DNA of 64,000 bases from an uncultured Chloroflexia bacterium. Its GTDB lineage: Bacteria; Chloroflexota; Limnocylindria; Limnocylindrales; CSP1-4. The translations under genes were made by a program, and so were the position numbers. Location: the NCBI GenBank assembly GCA_963721655.1, contig CAVRKH010000001.1:169411-233410 (forward strand). Reading direction: 5' to 3'. How positions within the stretch are numbered: position 1 is the first letter of the stretch; the number at the start of each line of letters is the position of its first letter. Shown here piece by piece: positions 52,360 to 64,000 of the stretch. The notes under the pieces were generated by a model, which worked only from the letters and a program-made list of their open reading frames with translations, did no database searches and was not told the origin of the DNA.

Positions 52360-53834
52360 CTAGCTGGCGTCGGGCAGCAGCTCGACACCGGGCTCGATGA
52401 TCGTCGGCGGACGTGCGGCGCTGGTCGCGGCGACCGAGCTGAGGCTGGTCCGCTCGATGCGTCTGATCTGAGCCGCGGTCACCAGGCCGAGCACGGCGAG
52501 GACGGCGCCGGCCAGGTAGGCCTGGTGGTAGCTGCCGGCGAGACCGGCCGGGCCGAGCCGCATCTGCTGCACGGTCTGCATGATCTGGATGCCGAACACG
52601 ATCCCGATCTGCATCATCATCTGCTGCGCCGCGCCGGCGATGCCGAAGTCGGCCTCGTCGACCGCGTTCGTGACGCTCGACGCGAGCGACGGCGACGCGA
52701 TGCCCATGCCGACGCCGGCCAGCGCGAGCGAGGCCATGATCATCACGTCGGTCGAGCCGACGCCGAGCGTCGACATCATGACCAGCGCGCCGACGACCGA
52801 CAGCCGCGCCGGCGACCGCCGAGGTCCGCTCGCCGATCTTCACCGCGACGAACCCGCCGAGCGGCCCGGCGATGGCGAACGCCAGCGGCCGGGCGATCGA
52901 CAGGAGGCCGGTGCGGCTCTCGCTGTAGCCGAGCACGTTCTGCAGCAGCAGCGGCGTGAGGATGAAGCTGCCCATGTAGGCGCCGTTGAGGAACGACTGG
53001 CTCACGAGCGGGAACGTGAAGTTGCGTCGCCGGAAGTAGCGCAACGGCAGGAGCGGATACGCGGCTCGCCGCTCGACCCGCACGAACGCGCCGAGCATCA
53101 GCGGCGACAGGACGAGGCAGCCGAGCACGACCGGAGCGGTCCAGCCGGCGCGCGGGCCTTCGTTGAGGGCGAACAGCAGCGGCGTGACGCCGAGGGCGAC
53201 GAGCGCGGCGCCGGCCACGTCGAACGTGCCGGTCCGCTGCCTGGGCGTCTCGGGGATGATCCGCCAGGCCACGAGCAGCCCGAGCAGCGTCAGCGGGACC
53301 TGCGCGATGAAGATGACCCGCCAGCCGAACGCCTCGACGATCGGACCGCCGATCACGACGCCGATCACCGGGGCGCCGGCGCCGATCATCGACCAGAACC
53401 CGAGCGCCTTCACCCGCTGCTCGCGGGGGAACACCCGGCTGATGATGGCGAACGAGGCCGGGCCGGTGGCCGCCCCTTCGACCGCGCCGAGCACGCGGAA
53501 CAGGATGAGCGACCCGGCGTTCCAGGCCAGCGCGCTGCACGCGGCCATGACCGCGGCGCCGAACAGGCCGACCAGGTAGATGCGGCGCTGCCCGAGCCGG
53601 TCACCCAGCTTGCCGACGGCCGGACCGATGACGCCGAACGCCAGCATCGGGCCGGTGACGACCCAGGTCATCGTGGCGTCGGCGGTGTGGAACTCGCCGG
53701 CGATCCGGTGGATCGAGACGGCCAGGATCGTGATCGAGACGTTGACCGAGAACAGCCCGAACAGCACCGTGGCCAGCACCACCCACGGCGAGCGGCCGGC
53801 GCCGAGTCGGAGCGCTCGACTCCCGGCCGGACAT
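52360..53834 (-). CDS. DHA2-type MFS transporter (frameshifts)
   Basis: GKLGDRLGQRR, many TM segments, PLLPLRYFRRRNF. Confidence 0.88.
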
Positions 53835-53847
53835 CTGGTCGAGGTTA

Positions 53848-53865
53848 CTTGACCCGCGGGTCAAG
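53848..53865. promoter_or_regulatory. Perfect 18-bp palindrome, candidate TetR operator upstream of the MFS gene
   Basis: CTTGACCCGCGGGTCAAG is its own reverse complement. Confidence 0.7.
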
Positions 53866-53912
53866 ATTCGAGGCCGAGTCGCGCCGGTGCCATCGGTCAC
53901 CCAAATCGGATC

Positions 53913-56297
53913 TCAGCCGAGGCGGATGTCGACCGAGCTTCCTCGCTTGACGCGTTGCCCGGCGACGGGCGAGGTCGACACCGGCCGACCGGCGGCCGGG
54001 CCACTCACGTTGCCGGCCGTGAGCCCGGCGTTGCGCAGCACGGCGATGGCGCCGTCGATCGACGTGACGCCGCTCAGGCTCGGCACGGTCACGAGGTCGG
54101 GTCCCTTCGACACGACGAGAGCGACCGTGCGAGCCGCGGGCGCAGGCGTCGTGCCCGATGCCGGGCAGGGCCGAGATGACCTGCCCGGCCGGGACGGTGT
54201 CGCTGAACCTGCTGTCGACGTGACCACGAGTTGCATGCCGGACAGCTTGGCTCGGGCGGACGCCTCGGACCCGCCGACGAGGCCGACGGCACGACCCGCG
54301 GCTTCGGCCCTCTGGACACCGCCAGCGTCGACCGTCGAGTCGCGGGCGCACTCGCTCCTCCGGCCGGTCGGGTCGAGATGATCCTGCCCTTCGGAACGGT
54401 CTCGTTGTAGTGCGGGTCGCGTTCGCCTTGAGCTGGACGCCGGCCAGCCTGGCTCGGGCCGACGCCTCGGATGCCGCCGACGAGGCCTCTCGGCACGATC
54501 CGCGGCTTCGGGCCCGTCGGACACGACGAGCCCGACGGTCTGCTCCTTGGGCAGACGGGCTGGCGTGCCCGCGGCGAGGCCGATCACCGCGTCCTTCGGC
54601 AACCTGTCTCGTCGAATCGCGTGTGTCGTCTTCGGGACCAGGCCCAGCTTCTCGAGCTGCGCCTGCACGTCGGCCGCCGGCTTGCCCGCCAGGTCGCGTC
54701 GGGACGTGCGCCAGCGTGTTGCCGTCGGAGATGACGAGGCGACGAGCGTGCCGCCGCGCTTCAGCTTGTCGCCCGCCGCTGGCTCGGTGCCGATGATCTG
54801 ACCCGGCTGTCGTGCCGTCACGGCGACCGTGGACGGTCGTGACCTTCCAGCGGAACGCGGGCCGCTGCTCGGCGCGCCGCCGCGACCGAGCCGTGGCGCT
54901 GAGGTCAGGCACGGGGTACGTCGGGCCCGTCGGTCCGACGAACTGTGCCGGTCGAGCAGCGAGCGCCCCGGCGGTGCCTCCGAGCAGACACCAGCAGGAT
55001 CGATCGGCGAGCGCCGGCCACCGACGGCCACCGTCGCTGTCCGGCGGGCCCCGACCCGTGCCGTCCGTCCCGGTGCCGCACCACTGGTCCGCTCGTCGTT
55101 CGGCAAGCCGGCGCCCGCCGGCAGCCGGCTCGACAGCGGAGCCGGTCGAGCGCGTCGCGCCATCCGGCCGCCGCTCGGTCGTCGGCTCCGCGGCCTCGGT
55201 CTCGGTCCGATCGACGATCGTCGTCGTCGACGGCGTTGCCGGTCATACGGCGGCGATGCGTCATCGCGTGGCGCCGGCGGCGGAACGCGAGCGGCCGGTT
55301 CGGCCGAGCTGACCCAGTCCGGCGGCTCCAGGTCGAGGTCGTCGTCACGGAGATCGACGACCGCCGACCGCTTCGGCACCGCCGTCGTCGCGCCAGCGGG
55401 CTGTGCAGCGTCGGATCGTCGTCGACCACCGGTGCGCCGTCGCTGGGGCAGGGCACCGGCGAGCGGCAGCGGCTCGGGTCGGCCGAGCCCCCGCGCCGCG
55501 GCGAGCAGGCCGCTGGCCATGGTCTTCGCGTCGATCCGGTCCTCCGGGTCGGCCGCACCGGCTCGCTCGAGCACGCGCACGCAGCGGACCGAGCGCCTCG
55601 GGCACCTCGAGCGGCCGGTCGACGCGCGCCATCAAGCGTGCCGATCGTGGTGTCCGCGGTGAACGGCACCTGGCCGGTGACCGCCTCGATCAAGACGAGC
55701 GCGAGCGAGTAGACGTCGGCCTTGCCGGTGAGCTGCTCGCCGGTGGCCAACTCCGGCGACGCGTACCGGGCGGTGCCGAGCATCGCTCCCTGCGGCTCGG
55801 TCCACGCCGCCTCGGCCAGCGCACGGGCCAGACCGAAGTCGGCGACCCGGAGTCGACCCTCCTCGCCGAACAGCAGGTTGGCCGGCTTGATGTCGCGGTG
55901 CACGAAGCCCGCGACGATGGGCGTAGTCGAGCGCCCGTGCCGCCTCGAGCCCGACGAGCAGCGCCTGGCCGGGGCTGAGCAGCGCGCCGCCGTCGAGCAG
56001 CGCCCGCAGGCTGCCGCCGGCCAGGTACTCGGTGACGATGAACGCGACCTCGTCGTCGCCCCAGTCGTAGACCGCGACGACGTTCGGATGGCTGAGTGCG
56101 GCCGCGGCGCGGGCCTCGGCCCGGAACCGGCGCAGGAAGTCGGCGTCGTCGGCCAGCGCCTCGTGCAGCATCTTGACGGCGACACGACGGCGCAGCCGGG
56201 CGTCGTCGGCCAGGAACACCTGGGCCGATGCACCCAGGCCGATCGGGGTGACGATGCGGTACCGCTGGCCCAGCACCCGGCCGATCTCGGTGCTCAT
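53913..56297 (-). CDS. Ser/Thr protein kinase with C-terminal PASTA repeats (PknB/PknL-like), frameshifted
   Basis: RRFRAEARAAAALSHPNVVAVYDWG, HRDIKPANLL, ADFGLARA, GTARYASPE; PASTA VSKGPDLVTVP. Confidence 0.9.
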
Positions 56298-56426
56298 GCG
56301 CGACGAGGCCACTGACGCAACGGTACCGCCCACCCCCTGTCGATCGGGGGAGCCTCGGCGTGACCGGCAGCGTTCGGCGTCGGTCGATCGGCCGCGATGG
56401 CGCGACCGGTCGGCGCGCCCGGCACA

Positions 56427-56979
56427 ATGGCTGACCCATGACCGCCATCGATCGATCCGGACGAGCCCCGCACCCGCCGGTCGACCCTGACCGCGACGGG
56501 CGAAGCCGCGAGCGACGCGAGTGGCCACCGCTCGGCCCGCTGGGCGGTGATCGTGCTCGCCCTCGGCGCGGCGATCGCGTTCTTCATGTTCGCCACCCGC
56601 CGCACGGTGATCGGCGTCGACGGGCCGGCGACCGATCCGGCCGTCGTGCGCCAGGTACCGGGTCCGGGTGACCGGGTGCTGCGCCAGACCCAGGTCGGCG
56701 CCGAGCTGAAGCCGGGCTACGACGGTCGCATCACGTGTCAACGGACAGGAGGTGCCCGAGGATCAGATGGAAGGCGCCCTCGATCCGAACTCGAAGACGG
56801 CCCAGAGAGTACGGCGTCCGCCCCAACAATCGCAACCAGGTCTTCTTCCAGCCGGGACCCGGCAAGGTCATCGGCCAGTTCTCCGGTCGCGAGGTCACGA
56901 TCACCGTTCGCTTCTGGAAGGAAGTCCGACGGCCAGGGCAAGGCGCGCATCGATCACCTGGCAGTTCTCGATCACGTAG
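56427..56979 (+). CDS. Hypothetical membrane-anchored protein (frameshifted)
   Basis: Single TM WAVIVLALGAAIAFFMF; coding-like codon use continuing across ORFs 56547, 56752 and 56735. Confidence 0.6.
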
Positions 56980-57009
56980 GCCGGCGGATCGCCGCGCACG
57001 TCCGGATTT

Positions 57010-57118
57010 TCGTCATGCGATTGGCTCCCTAGCGACCACTTCCGTAACGAGAACCCGGGCTCCATGGTTTCGGTTACGGAATTGGTCGTGTATGCGACCA
57101 CTTCCACAACGAAAACCA
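57010..57118. repeat. Two tandem REP-like palindromic units between convergent genes
   Basis: GCGACCACTTCC(G/A)(T/C)AACGA(G/A)AACC occurs twice, each preceded by an imperfect inverted arm. Confidence 0.7.
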
Positions 57119-57129
57119 CAACCACCGTC

Positions 57130-59262
<2,133 letters not shown>

Positions 59263-59379
59263 TCATCGGACGGGCAGCCGCACATGTCCCGTCGCCGCAA
59301 TCCCTCAGTCGTCGGACATCTCGGCCGAAGGAGAGTCGTTCGACATGTCGGCAATGCGCTCGAGGGAGCGCAGGTCCGC

Positions 59380-60109
59380 ATGGCATCGCATGGGACGCTC
59401 GAGGACTTCTCCTCCGGCAGGCATCCTCCGCGTCCTCTCCTCCGACGGCCGGACCGGCGCGATCAGGTTCGGTGGCGACCGCCGGCTGCACGTGTATCCT
59501 GCACCACGGCCAGCTGTACTTCGCGCCAGGACGAGCACACGGACGCGGCCCTGGCCGTCGGCGCTCGTGCGACCGGGACGGGTCGACGCGGACGCCTGGA
59601 CCGCCGCCGATCGACGAGGCGGGCGACCGGCCGATCGTCGGCGAGTTGCTCGTCCGCCAGCGGGGCCATCCACCCCGATCTGCTCGCGTCGGTCGTGCTG
59701 TCGGTCGCCTACGACCCGCTGATCGCCTCTTCCGAGCGGGTGAAGGCGACTTCGAGTTCGAACCGGACGCGATGCACTGGCTCGGCCCGTTCCGCTCGTT
59801 CCCGGTCGACGTCATCGTCGACCGAGGTGCGCCGCCGGGTCCGCGAGGTCGACGAGTGGGGATCCCGGTCATGCCGACCCTCGACGTCTGCGTCGCGGCG
59901 CTGCCGGACGCTTCCCGGCGACGCGCACGAGGTGACCCTGCGGCGCGAGGACTGGGAGCTGATGGTGGCCGCTCGCCGGGCCCCGCTCGATCGGAGAGCT
60001 GGCGGCAGAGCTCGGCCGCGGCCGGTACTCGACGGCCCGGGTCGTGTACCGCCTCAGCCGGGCCGGTCTGGTCGAGGTGACCGCCGCAGCTGCTCCGGCG
60101 GACGATTGA
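59380..60109 (+). CDS. PatA-N/DUF4388-type domain protein (frameshifted)
   Basis: GTLEDFS..ILR.L....RTG; IVGELLV; EGDFEFEP; C-terminal helix-turn-helix-like ELAAELGR..L..L.RAGLVEV. Confidence 0.65.
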
Positions 60110-60260
60110 CCCGGCGCCGGCAACTCGAGGCCGTCGTGGACGAGCCGCCACGCTGCGGTGGACCCGGTCGCCGTCGGCCGGCCACCGGTCGCTCGTTCGA
60201 CTCCGGAGCTCGTGCACGCGAGCCCGTCGAGCCCCGCAAGCCCGGTCGGCCTCGCACCGG

Positions 60261-61277
60261 TCAGGCCCCGACGGAGAGGCGGACGCCGAGAACCTGGTCG
60301 TGGAGGCGCTCACCGATCTCACGGGTGAGGCCGAGGATGCGCTCGGCCTGAGCCTCGCCGTGCAGGGCGAGGCCGCAGACCGGCGTGATCATCGCCTGAC
60401 GGCGCAGGGCGACCGGATCACAGCCCGCCTGGACGAGCTCGCACCACAACGTGGAGAGCAGGCGCCACAGCCGTGAGGCGCGGTCGCCCGAGCGGGGCGT
60501 CGGTCGGCACCGCTCCCCAGGCGATCCAGCCGCCACGGTCGAGGAACGTGGCGAGCGGCACCGGCGGCGCTCTCGATGCCGGCGTCGACCGGCAGCGACA
60601 GCACCTGCGGCCCTGCGTGGAGCAGGATGCGCCAGTCGGCCGGCCCACAGCAGTGCAGCCCGGTGACCGCGTGCGGTTCGAGCGCGGCGAGCGCGCCGGA
60701 CACCAGGTCGATCGTCGCTTCAGGGCCGAGCGGGAACCCGGAGCGCAGGCCGGCGACCAGCCCGGGCTCGTCGACGAACACGACGAGCGGCGCACCGGGT
60801 GCTTCCCGTTGCGCGAGCGCGAGCAGATGTGCGGCGCGCTGGCGGACCGCGGCTGCGGCCACACGGCGAACGCCAGGTCGCGCGCACGCCCTCGGCCTGC
60901 AGCGCCAGAGCCGAGCGTGACCGGACCGGTGAGCTGCAGCTTGATCGGCTCGGTGCGATCGGCGACCGCTCGGAGGAACGCCCGCAGCGTGTGGAACGGC
61001 GGGCCGTGCAAGCTCGGGATCGGTGAGCGGCGCGGACGGGTCGAGCGCCTGCTGGTCGACGTCGAGAGCGAGCCGTCTGGGCGCACGGTGACCCCGCGTG
61101 ATGCCCCAGCCGGCCTGGGCGAGCATGCCCTCGACCGGCGAGCCGACCGGGATGGTGGGCGCGGCGGGCAGCTCCGGCTGCTGGTCCAGCACGAAGCGCA
61201 CGGCCTCGTCAGCCGATCGGTGCGGCAGGCTCCCGATGGATGTGACGAGCCCGAGCGGGAAGTCCGACGCGCCTCAT
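60261..61277 (-). CDS. Cobalamin-independent methionine synthase-like protein of the mnmA-ligA locus (frameshifted)
   Basis: TSIGSLP, KLQLTGPVTL, FVDEP, GLHCC, WGAVPT and ITPVCGLA. Confidence 0.85.
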
Positions 61278-61409
61278 CCGGTGCCCCTACGGCCACTGGA
61301 CTTGTCCTCGATGAACCACGGCCATCCGTCCCACTGCGAGGTCTCGCCCGACTCCCCCGCACCCACTGGAATAGCCACCGGGAGCGGTCCTGTCGGCAAA
61401 TCTCAGCTC

Positions 61410-62284
61410 GTGCCCGACCTGCGCCCGTGGCCTGCTCGCGTGACCTGGCTGGCCCTGCCGTTCACCGTCGGGCCCTCGCTGACCGACGCGTTTGGCCGGC
61501 CGATCGCCGACGTGCGGTCGGACCGTGACCGTCCTGCTGTGGGCGGGCTGGACCGTCACACTCGTCGCGCTTCTCGTCCCGCGGACAGCGAGTCTCACGG
61601 CGCTCCGCATCGCGGCACCGGCTCGCGCTGGCCGTCGCCGCGTGGGCCGCGTGGACCGGCGGACCGGTCGGCATCGCCGACGTCGTCGCGCTGGCTTCGG
61701 CGGCGCTGGCCGTCGCCGCGGCGTTCTCGCCACTGACCGGCGACGTGTTCGTCGACGGCTCGTCGTACGGCGCCGGAACGTCGCATGGCGCTGCGGGCCC
61801 CGACCGCGCTGCTGCTCGGCCCGGTGCCGCTCGCGTGGGCCGCGGCGGTGGCCGGCGTCGCTCGCCGGACCGTTGCTGCTCGCCGCGCACCAGTGGGTCG
61901 CCGGCGCCGTCTGCGTCGTCGTCGGCGCCCCGGTCGTGTGGCTCGCCGCGCCGTTCGCTGCACCAACTGTCGCGTCGATGGATCGTGTTCGTCCCGGCGG
62001 GATGGTGCTGCACGATCCCGATCGGCCAACCCGAGCCGACGCTGTTCCTGCGCAAGAGCGTTCGGCGGCTCGGTCCTGCCACCGGCCGGCTCGCCGGCCC
62101 TCGACCTGACCCAGGGCGCGTTCGGTCTGGCGCTGCAACTCGACCTGGTCGAGCCGACCGACATGCTCGTGCCGCGCGGCCGGTCCACGACCGAGACCGT
62201 GCACGGTCGACGCCGCTGCTCTTCACGCCGACCCGACCCGCGGCGCTGCTCGACGAAGCTCGGTCCCGCCGCATCCCGGTCTGA
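61410..62284 (+). CDS. Hypothetical membrane protein (frameshifted)
   Basis: Several TM stretches; FVDGSSYG and LSRRWIVFVPAG.VLHDP segments. Confidence 0.6.
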
Positions 62285-62299
62285 GCCGGCGCTGCCGCG

Positions 62300-63374
62300 T
62301 CAGCGAGCCGGGCCGCCGCCGAGCACCTCGTCGCCGTCGTAGAACACGACGCTCTGGCCGGGGCCGATCCGGCGCTGCGGCTCGACCCAGCGCACGACGA
62401 CGCGTGCCCGGCGCGAGCCCGGCCGTCGTCCGGCTCGACCGCACCCGTGGCCGTCGGCGCTGCCGTGCAGCGACTCGCCTGGACGATCGACCGCTCCGAC
62501 CGTCCGGGCCGTCGGCCCAGCGTCACGGGGCCGACCGGCTGCGCGTCGACGAGCAGGTCGTCGGCCCGTCCCGACCGTCACGGTGCCCGCAGCCGGATCA
62601 GACGCCACGACGAACCGCGGCACACCACCGCCCGGCCAGCCCGAGGCCCCGCCGCTGGCCGACCGTGACGAGCTCGACCGCATCGACCGCGCCGACCACG
62701 CGTGCCCGTCGGTCGACGACCCGGCCGGGCGTCAGGTCGATGCGGCCGGCGAGGAACGACCTGCGGCCCGCGGGCCGACGGTGATGAAGCAGACGTCCTG
62801 GCTGTCGGGCTTGTCCGCCGTCCGCAGACCGAGCGCCGCGGCACGCGGCCCGCACCTCCGCCTTGGTCAGCGACGCCGATCGGCAGCAGGACGCGGGCCA
62901 GCGTCGCCTGGTCGAGCATGTGGATCACGTAGGACTGGTCCTTGGCCCGGTCGGCGCCGCGGGCGACCCGGCGGCTCCCGTCGGCGACGGGTGACGATGC
63001 GGGCGTGGTGACCGGTGGCGACGGCGTCGAACCCGAGGATGTCGGCCCGCTCGAACAGCCGGTCGAACTTCACGTGCCGGTTGCACTCGATGCACGGGTT
63101 CGGCGTGCGACCGGCCGCGTGGTCGGCGACGTACGGGTCGACCACGTGACGCGTGAAGTCGTCGCCGAAGTTGAAGACGTGGTGATCGATGCCGAGGTGG
63201 TCGGCGACGCGTCGGGCGTCGTCGACGTCGCTGACCGAGCAGCATCCCGTGTCGCTGTCGCCGCCCCACAGCTTGAGCGTGACGCCGACGACGTCGTGGC
63301 CCTCGTCGCGGAGGAGCGCGGCGGCGACCGACGAGTCGACACCGCCGGACATCGCGACCGAGGACGCGGGCCAT
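62300..63374 (-). CDS. mnmA: tRNA-specific 2-thiouridylase (frameshifted)
   Basis: [38 protein letters not shown] and [10 protein letters not shown]. Confidence 0.95.
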
Positions 63375-64000
63375 CAGCGCGAGGCGACGTGGGATCGGCG
63401 TCGAGCGTCGCGCGACGTCGCTCGCCGCGGACGCGCCGGACGGCCGGGGCACGACGTCGAGCGCGAGGTCCACGTCGGCCGCGGTGGTCGGCCAGCCGAA
63501 CGACAGGCGCAGCGACCCACCGGCGAGCGCGCGGTCGATGCCCATCGCGGCGAGCACGTGCGACGGCTCCATGGCCCCGCTCGTGCACGACGACGCGGCC
63601 GACGCGGCGATGCCCGGCCTGATCGAGCAGGAACAGCAGCGCCTCGCTCTCGACGCCGGGGAAGCAGACGTGGCAGGAGCCGGCGATCTTGTGGTCCGGT
63701 CGGGCGGATCGGTGACGCCCGTCTCGACGGTGCCGGGCAGCGCGTCGAGCAGCCCGTCGACCAGGCGGTCGCGCAAGGGGGTGAGCCGGTCGACCAGCGA
63801 TCCGCGCTCGTCCGCCGCACTGCGCGCGGCGGTGGCCATGGCCACGATGCCGGCCACGTTCTGGGTGCCGCTGCGACGGTCGCGCTCCTGTCCGCCACCG
63901 AGCAGCAGCGGGTCGATCGACGTGCCGTCGCGGATCACGAACGCGCCGACACCCTTCGGCCCGCCGAACTTGTGCGCGCTGACCGAGACGAGGTCGGCGT
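63374..64000 (-). CDS. iscS: Cysteine desulfurase (IscS/NifS family), 3' part
   Basis: SAHKFGGPKGVG, GGGQERDRRSGTQNV, SSCTSG..PSHVL and SLRLSFG. Confidence 0.93.

Overview
High-GC bacterial DNA that looks like three unrelated genomic segments joined end to end. The breakpoints are at ~23257 (a TadG-like gene runs into the 3' half of fhs) and ~34424 (a secreted repeat protein runs into an M15 lipoprotein). Many single-base indels split genes, which suggests uncorrected long-read sequence; they are densest at 13.7-15.7 kb and 43.8-64 kb. Segment A (1-23257; Chloroflexota-like gene content, by inference) has biotin-carrier and HMG-CoA lyase genes, HNH-CCA-TPR-galE and an MFS transporter. It also has a catalytically dead ATP-dependent-ligase-like gene ahead of two glycerate-glycosyltransferases (one a 2xUSP-GpgS fusion), a MITE-like element, GNAT-glycerate kinase-nth, a ~5 kb modular repeat surface protein, a two-component system and tad pseudopilins. 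Segment B (23258-34424; actinobacterial, Nocardioides-like by inference) has fhs, an aldo-keto reductase, DEAD and SNF2 helicases, two paralogous small His/Cys proteins and REP-like palindromes. Segment C (34425-64000; Acidimicrobiia-like by inference) has ilvD, an ABC system, Eis-TetR-MFS and the iscS-mnmA-metE-like-ligA-gatCAB region with insertions, including a TetR mini-regulon with a visible operator and a ~160-nt structured repeat in two copies. I recognised no rRNA, tRNA, CRISPR array or intact transposase. The best leads are the pseudo-ligase/glucosylglycerate locus, the ~160-nt element, the small His/Cys paralogs, the modular surface protein and the TetR operator pair.
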